From positions 1 through 27,274 of the IMG/VR virus record IMGVR_UViG_3300017914_001755: DNA of 27,274 nt. One strand, 5' to 3'. Of the stretch, positions 23,071-27,274 are shown piece after piece. Made by a program: the position numbers and the translations under genes. Within the stretch, counting starts at the first letter, position 1; each line of letters begins with the position of its first letter. The notes under the pieces are model-generated. The model ran no database searches. It was not told the DNA's origin and worked only from the letters and a program-made list of their open reading frames with translations. Source of the DNA: a virus (taxonomy: Duplodnaviria > Caudoviricetes).

Positions 23071-23813
23071 CAATATATTTGTTTGATGTGGATGGTACAT
23101 TAACACCATCAAGAGAGAAGATAGATTATCAGTTTTCTATCTTCTTAACTAATTTCTTTATGAATAATGATTGTTATCTAGTCACAGGTTCTGATAAAAG
23201 AAGAACTCAAGAACAAATAGGGCAATTATATTTTTACTCTATAAGAAACTTTCAATGTTCAGGTAATCAGATATTTGACAAAGATAATCTTCTTCGTCAA
23301 TCTGCTTGGTCTTGTCCAGATAACTTAAGAGAAGATCTTGAAGGTTACTTAGAAAAGTCAAAGTTTCCTCATAGATTTAGAACTGGGTATCATATAGAAG
23401 AAAGACCAGGAAGTTTAAATTATTCTATTTTAGGACGTAAAGCTACTAAAGAGCAAAGAAAAGAATATATTCTATGGGATAAGTCTACAGGTGAAAGAGA
23501 TAATATTGCTTCTTTTATTAATAGAAGACATCCTAATATTTCAGCTGTAGTCGGGGGTGAAACAGGATTAGATATTTTTCCAAAAGGTAAAGATAAACAG
23601 CAAGTCTTAGATTATCTTCCTAAAGATAGAGAGATACATTTCTTTGGTGATATGATTAGAACCGGTGGAAATGATTTTAGTTTAGCTATGGCTATTGAAA
23701 GACAAAATAGAGGAAGATATTATGAAGTTGTATCGTGGGAAAATACTAGAGATATTCTTGAAGGTATTAATAACTCTTCTGTCTCCAATAATACTACTAT
23801 GGTTAATTTTTGA
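23067..23813 (+). CDS. HAD-IIB phosphomannomutase-like enzyme (eukaryote-type PMM fold)
   Basis: FDVDGTLT-x-x-R, VTGSD, IE-x-R...N-x-S-x-x-GR, GG-x-x-x-x-DIFP-x-G-x-DK, FFGD...GGND. Confidence 0.85.
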   Translation: MTIYLFDVDGTLTPSREKIDYQFSIFLTNFFMNNDCYLVTGSDKRRTQEQIGQLYFYSIRNFQCSGNQIFDKDNLLRQSAWSCPDNLREDLEGYLEKSKFPHRFRTGYHIEERPGSLNYSILGRKATKEQRKEYILWDKSTGERDNIASFINRRHPNISAVVGGETGLDIFPKGKDKQQVLDYLPKDREIHFFGDMIRTGGNDFSLAMAIERQNRGRYYEVVSWENTRDILEGINNSSVSNNTTMVNF

Positions 23814-23836
23814 GTATTTAAGAGGAGATTACAAAA

Positions 23837-24538
23837 TTGGCAACGAGAAAAGAGAAGAGAAATAATAAAGGTGGTAAAGTAGATCATAGGATTCATTATG
23901 ATGTTGTTAATGGTATAAAGATTAACAATCCTCCTGATAATAGAATTATTCAGAAAAGAATATGGCGACATAATATAAAAGAACCTAAAACATTAGAATG
24001 GATTAGTAAATTTAATAAAGGTGAAGTTCTTATTGATGTAGGAGCTAATATAGGACAGTATACTTTAGAAGCAGCTAATATAGGATGTACTGTACATGCT
24101 TTTGAACCTCAAGCATTATCATTCGCAGAATTAATTACTAATGTTTATCTTAATGAGTTTAATAATGTTTATTGTTATCCTTTCGGTATCTCAGATAAAG
24201 ATGGAGTTTTTGACTTAGCATTATCAGGTTTTATTCCTGGTGAGTCTCAAAATAATATTGAAGGAGAAGGTGTAGCTAAACATAAGATACAAACTTATTC
24301 CTTAGATAGTCTTGATATCTCATGTGATCACATTAAGATTGATATCGATGGCCTAGAAGATCTGGTTGTTAAAGGAATGCAGGAGACGCTTGGGAAACAA
24401 AGGTTAAAGACTATTTTAATCGAGGTTGAGAAGTATTCTACTATTGAACCTATCTTAGCTGCTGGTTTTGAGATTGATAAAGATTATACTTTTGAATTAT
24501 CATCTAAAGAAACTAATTATGTTTTGAGAAAAAAATAA
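23837..24538 (+). CDS. FkbM-family SAM-dependent methyltransferase
   Basis: EP-x-T-x-x-W, IDVGANIG, AFEP, IKID-x-DG-x-E; TTG start after GAGGAG. Confidence 0.88.
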   Translation: MATRKEKRNNKGGKVDHRIHYDVVNGIKINNPPDNRIIQKRIWRHNIKEPKTLEWISKFNKGEVLIDVGANIGQYTLEAANIGCTVHAFEPQALSFAELITNVYLNEFNNVYCYPFGISDKDGVFDLALSGFIPGESQNNIEGEGVAKHKIQTYSLDSLDISCDHIKIDIDGLEDLVVKGMQETLGKQRLKTILIEVEKYSTIEPILAAGFEIDKDYTFELSSKETNYVLRKK

Positions 24539-24570
24539 TATTATCTCTTATAACAATATTGTGATATAAA

Positions 24571-24999
24571 ATGGAGAAAGCTGTGGAAGAGTTTAATACT
24601 TCTGTTGAACAGAAATACGGTAAAGACGGTATTAAGGGGAAAAGAGGTGAAGAAAGATTCGCCTCTTATCTTAAATTAAACAATATCAAATATAAAGACT
24701 ATTCATCCGATATCAGAAAACAAACTGCTGGTATTGATTTTGTTGTTAACGATGAATTAGTTGATGTTAAAGCTAATGATGGTATTGTTGAGCTTGAGCA
24801 TTCTGGTTGGCTATTCTCTAGTAATAAGTGTACTGATATTTTTGTTTTTGTTCTTAACGAAAAAGAAATGTATGCTATTAGAGCTAAAAAGCTAAGACAA
24901 TTAGTATATGAAGGAAAGCACGGGTATCCATTTATATCTGGAAAAGAGAAGTGTGCGACATTTGATATTAGAAAACATGGTAAGAAGTTAGAAGGATAA
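24571..24999 (+). CDS. PD-(D/E)XK-family nuclease-like protein
   Basis: G-x-x-GE helix, GIDF, VDVK, then E and GW: a restriction-endonuclease-like motif order. Confidence 0.6.
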   Translation: MEKAVEEFNTSVEQKYGKDGIKGKRGEERFASYLKLNNIKYKDYSSDIRKQTAGIDFVVNDELVDVKANDGIVELEHSGWLFSSNKCTDIFVFVLNEKEMYAIRAKKLRQLVYEGKHGYPFISGKEKCATFDIRKHGKKLEG

Positions 25000-25004
25000 T
25001 AAAA

Positions 25005-25316
25005 ATGAATTTTATAGTAAATGCGTGGAACTCTGTTATGAACCATAACAACAACCCATTACGACATATTGATGATATGCAGACAAGACATGTTGTTATG
25101 CAGATCTTAGCCTGGATGTGGTGTATTATTTTCTCTATGTCTATTGGTTCTATTACCGTATTTGGTATTAGTGCTATTGCTCATACTTTATTGATTGCTG
25201 GTATTGTTATTACTGTAGCTACGTTTGAGACAGCCAAAAGAAAACCTCAATTATTCAGCCGTTACACATATGGATCTACTTATGGTGGACGCGGTGAGGG
25301 AGGTGAGCATGAATAA
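25005..25316 (+). CDS. Conserved marine membrane protein of unknown function
   Basis: WNSVM...NPLRHI-x-D-x-x-x-RH-x-x-MQ-x-LAWMWC followed by two hydrophobic segments. Confidence 0.7.
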   Translation: MNFIVNAWNSVMNHNNNPLRHIDDMQTRHVVMQILAWMWCIIFSMSIGSITVFGISAIAHTLLIAGIVITVATFETAKRKPQLFSRYTYGSTYGGRGEGGEHE

Positions 25317-25452
25317 GATTTTAAGAAGACTCGGTTTAAAGGATGACTATGGATATTGCGATACTTCTATAGTCGGATTTATAGTACTATGGTCCTTATT
25401 CGGTTATGGTGCTTATATAGCTATTTCTGAGATTATCGCGAAGTTTCTATGA
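25309..25452 (+). CDS. Small membrane protein
   Basis: ATG at 25309 follows GGAGGTG and is preferred over 25225; one hydrophobic helix. Confidence 0.6.
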   Translation: MNKILRRLGLKDDYGYCDTSIVGFIVLWSLFGYGAYIAISEIIAKFL

Positions 25453-26039
25453 TTATCAATGAAGACGGTGATTATCTGATCCAATCAGGATTTAAAGTAC
25501 CTATCTCGGTTACAACTTTCGGTGAGCAAAATTTACGTGATGCCTTATGTAAAGAGATAGATGAATATGGTTATGCTTTAACTAGGCAAACTAATGTAAT
25601 GGCTAAGATGACTGATTGGTTTATGACTTCCGAATCATTCAGAACAGTTGCATTATATGCTCTACAAGAAGCAAAACATGCAGATGAACAGTTATACTTT
25701 AACGAAAACATTCCTATGTATTGTCATGCTATATGGGGAGCTAGATATGAGAGCAATGATTATTGTAAGAGACACACTCATCATCCTCATCAATGGTCTT
25801 TTACATATTATCCATATGTACCAGAGAACGCTCCAGGACTCATATTAGAAGATCTTACTATTGAAGTAAAGACAGGAACATTCATATTATTTCCAGGATA
25901 TGTGCATCATGAAGTAGATAAAGGTATATTTTCTGGTTATAGATATTGCGTTGCTGGTAATCTAGATTATGATCCTCATATAGTATTAAACTGTAGTAGA
26001 GATGCTTTCTATAAGAAATATGAAGGATTAATAGCGTAA
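25449..26039 (+). CDS. Putative 2OG-Fe(II) oxygenase (H-x-H type)
   Basis: W-x-x-x-Y...H-x-H...S-x-x-YY, LFP-x-x-x-x-H-x-V, R-x-x-x-AGN. Confidence 0.75.
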   Translation: MIINEDGDYLIQSGFKVPISVTTFGEQNLRDALCKEIDEYGYALTRQTNVMAKMTDWFMTSESFRTVALYALQEAKHADEQLYFNENIPMYCHAIWGARYESNDYCKRHTHHPHQWSFTYYPYVPENAPGLILEDLTIEVKTGTFILFPGYVHHEVDKGIFSGYRYCVAGNLDYDPHIVLNCSRDAFYKKYEGLIA

Positions 26040-26189
26040 TTTATTACATTTAAAAACGTTTAAAAAAACATAGGTGTGTGGCGTATAAGAGAGAAACTAT
26101 TAGAGAAACGTATAGAGTTAAGTGAACCTTAATTTGCGATGCCTGAACTTTTTTCTCTAAGTATTTCAACTACTTAACAACTTTTTTCC

Positions 26190-26304
26190 AACTTTTTTGC
26201 ACTATCCAATGATTACAACAAGTTACGGGGCCCTTTTTTAGTTGATTAACTCTCTTTTAGCCATTATAATAAGGTATAATAGGAATTTAGGAGAATTTGA
26301 GATG
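26190..26304 (+). repeat. Second copy of the early promoter/RBS module (first copy 10369-10482)
   Basis: Shared at the same offsets: AACTTTTTT, CGGGGCCCTTTTTT, GTTGATT and TATAATAAGGTATAATAGGAATTTAGGAGAA, followed by an ATG. Confidence 0.88.
26242..26270 (+). promoter_or_regulatory. Sigma70-type early promoter (copy 2)
   Basis: TTGATT (26242-26247), 17-bp spacer, TATAAT (26265-26270). Confidence 0.85.
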
Positions 26305-26460
26305 AATAACCCGATTTTGCCAAACGTTGTTTTAGAAGTAATGGGCCCTACTAAGAATGCTGTAGAGGGTATCCAGGCTATTATGCGGGTATTCAACGTA
26401 GATGAGAAGACTGCTACTGAGCTTCTCGATGCTGCAATTGCTTATGCTACAGGAGAGTAG
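26302..26460 (+). CDS. Small early hypothetical protein
   Basis: ATG at 26302 follows AGGAG. The ORF-track start at 26242 lies in the promoter -35 box. Confidence 0.7.
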   Translation: MNNPILPNVVLEVMGPTKNAVEGIQAIMRVFNVDEKTATELLDAAIAYATGE

Positions 26461-26461
26461 T

Positions 26462-26608
26462 ATGACTTATTATACAATTTATGTTGAGCTTTTAGATGGT
26501 GAGCGTTCAGAGACTAGACGTCATACTGCAGAGGGTCGTGATGCGTATATCGCTTCTGTTAAGGCTCAGGGTGATTATAAGTCAATTGAAGTTAAGGAGA
26601 GTGTATAA
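26462..26608 (+). CDS. Small early hypothetical protein
   Basis: ATG at 26462 follows AGGAG, 1 nt after the upstream stop. Confidence 0.65.
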   Translation: MTYYTIYVELLDGERSETRRHTAEGRDAYIASVKAQGDYKSIEVKESV

Positions 26609-26691
26609 TGTCTAAAGGTGTAGAAGCTACATTAGCTGTTATCACTACAGTATTGTTTACATTCACTTTAGTTTATTCGTTTATTATGTGA
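26608..26691 (+). CDS. 27-aa single-pass membrane peptide (not in ORF track)
   Basis: MSKGVEATLAVITTVLFTFTLVYSFIM; SD AAGGAG, TAATG coupling, exactly fills the gap. Confidence 0.6.
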   Translation: MSKGVEATLAVITTVLFTFTLVYSFIM

Positions 26692-26699
26692 GGTGTATA

Positions 26700-26876
26700 A
26701 TGCAAGTTATTAGTATGAATCAGTTGCGGGAGTTTCAGAGAGAGTATGCAGCTCTCTGTAAGGTGGTAGAACCGGGTGCGGAAATACTTGATCGCATTGG
26801 GTTTTTTGAACAGTATTTCGATATGATCGATCTTGGTGAAATTTTAATTAGTGATGAAGGATATGAATATGCCTAA
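26700..26876 (+). CDS. Small early hypothetical protein
   Basis: ATG at 26700 follows GAGGTG. Confidence 0.6.
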   Translation: MQVISMNQLREFQREYAALCKVVEPGAEILDRIGFFEQYFDMIDLGEILISDEGYEYA

Positions 26877-27274
26877 GAAGTTTACAGTAAAGCATAAAGA
26901 GTTTGCGGAAAACCCTACAACAGTAGATCAGGCGGTACGTCAATGTACGCGTATGGTCCATAAGTTAGCTAAGAAGTGGACTCGTAACCATTATAATGAA
27001 TATAACGATATTGTTCAGCAAGGCTTTATGGGAGTCGTAGAAGCCTGGAATCGCTTCGAAGGTACGAAATATCAGAAGAACGGATATAAGTTTTCTACAT
27101 ATGCGTGGTTATGGATACGTGCGTATATGAAGGTGTATGCGGAGAATAACTGGAAGCGTCTTAATAATACCACGCCTCTAGATAATCACGAGTTTCATTT
27201 AGAGACATATGCGATAGATGAGAATCGTATCATGCTAGAGGCTCAGATAGATAAGCTTTTGCCAGAAGATAGAA
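26863..27274 (+). CDS. Sigma70-family RNA polymerase sigma factor (3'-truncated by window; not in ORF track)
   Basis: Manual translation: MNMPKK...RMVHKLAKKW...DIVQQGFMGVVEAWNRFE...GYKFSTYAWLWIRAYM...LEAQIDKLLPEDR. This is region 2 plus the entry to region 4. The start is 26863 or 26869. Confidence 0.88.
   Translation, partial: MNMPKKFTVKHKEFAENPTTVDQAVRQCTRMVHKLAKKWTRNHYNEYNDIVQQGFMGVVEAWNRFEGTKYQKNGYKFSTYAWLWIRAYMKVYAENNWKRLNNTTPLDNHEFHLETYAIDENRIMLEAQIDKLLPEDR

Noticed and set aside
23782-23828. Possible third SD-occluding hairpin before the FkbM gene (TCTCC/GGAGA plus AATACT/AGTATT)
   Set aside because: Two short helices split by an internal loop, with no exact TATAAT in register; too weak without folding or covariation data.
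447-25046. All minus-strand ORFs in the track (447, 2164, 5175, 6806, 7267, 7844, 8453, 9643, 12836, 14227, 15044, 23720, 24699)
   Set aside because: Each lies antisense to well-supported + strand genes, has no recognisable motif and shows the I/S/F-rich composition typical of antisense shadows.
1-27274. tRNA genes, introns/inteins, stop-codon reassignment
   Set aside because: No cloverleaf-like segment was seen in the few intergenic gaps. Core genes (uvsX, gp41, rnh) have normal lengths without insertions, and TAA, TAG and TGA all end genes at sensible positions.

Overview
AT-rich, gene-dense fragment of a large T4-like (myovirus-type) bacteriophage genome. Every credible gene is on the + strand. 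The host is probably a marine alphaproteobacterium, inferred from the PstS type. The window has five blocks. (1) 1-5447: the end of pstS, then a replication/recombination block (uvsX, gp40-like, gp41 helicase, RNase H) with a CMP-Kdo synthetase (kdsB) and an ATP-grasp-like gene inserted. (2) 5490-10359: a probable late block preceded by ATAAATA boxes, containing a HIGH-type nucleotidyltransferase, a divergent Fe/Mn SOD, a KxDG ligase-fold protein and a long repeat-containing, probably protease-processed internal protein. It ends at an intrinsic terminator. (3) 10480-12938: small early genes behind a sigma70-type promoter. (4) 12935-20901: a large 7-deazaguanine DNA-modification cluster (queD, queE, folE, yhhQ, dpdA-like transglycosylase, PurN-like formyltransferase, DUF3310-like, queF, queC, stand-alone class II glutamine amidotransferase, MazG-like). 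(5) 20902-27274: accessory genes (primase zinc domain only, 2OG-Fe(II) oxygenases, PMM-like HAD, FkbM, PD-(D/E)XK nuclease), then a second copy of the early promoter module driving small ORFs and a phage-encoded sigma70-family factor that is truncated by the window. Two promoter-containing hairpins of identical geometry occlude the ribosome-binding sites of the SWIM gene and of dpdA. All family calls come from motif recognition by eye; no database searches were run.
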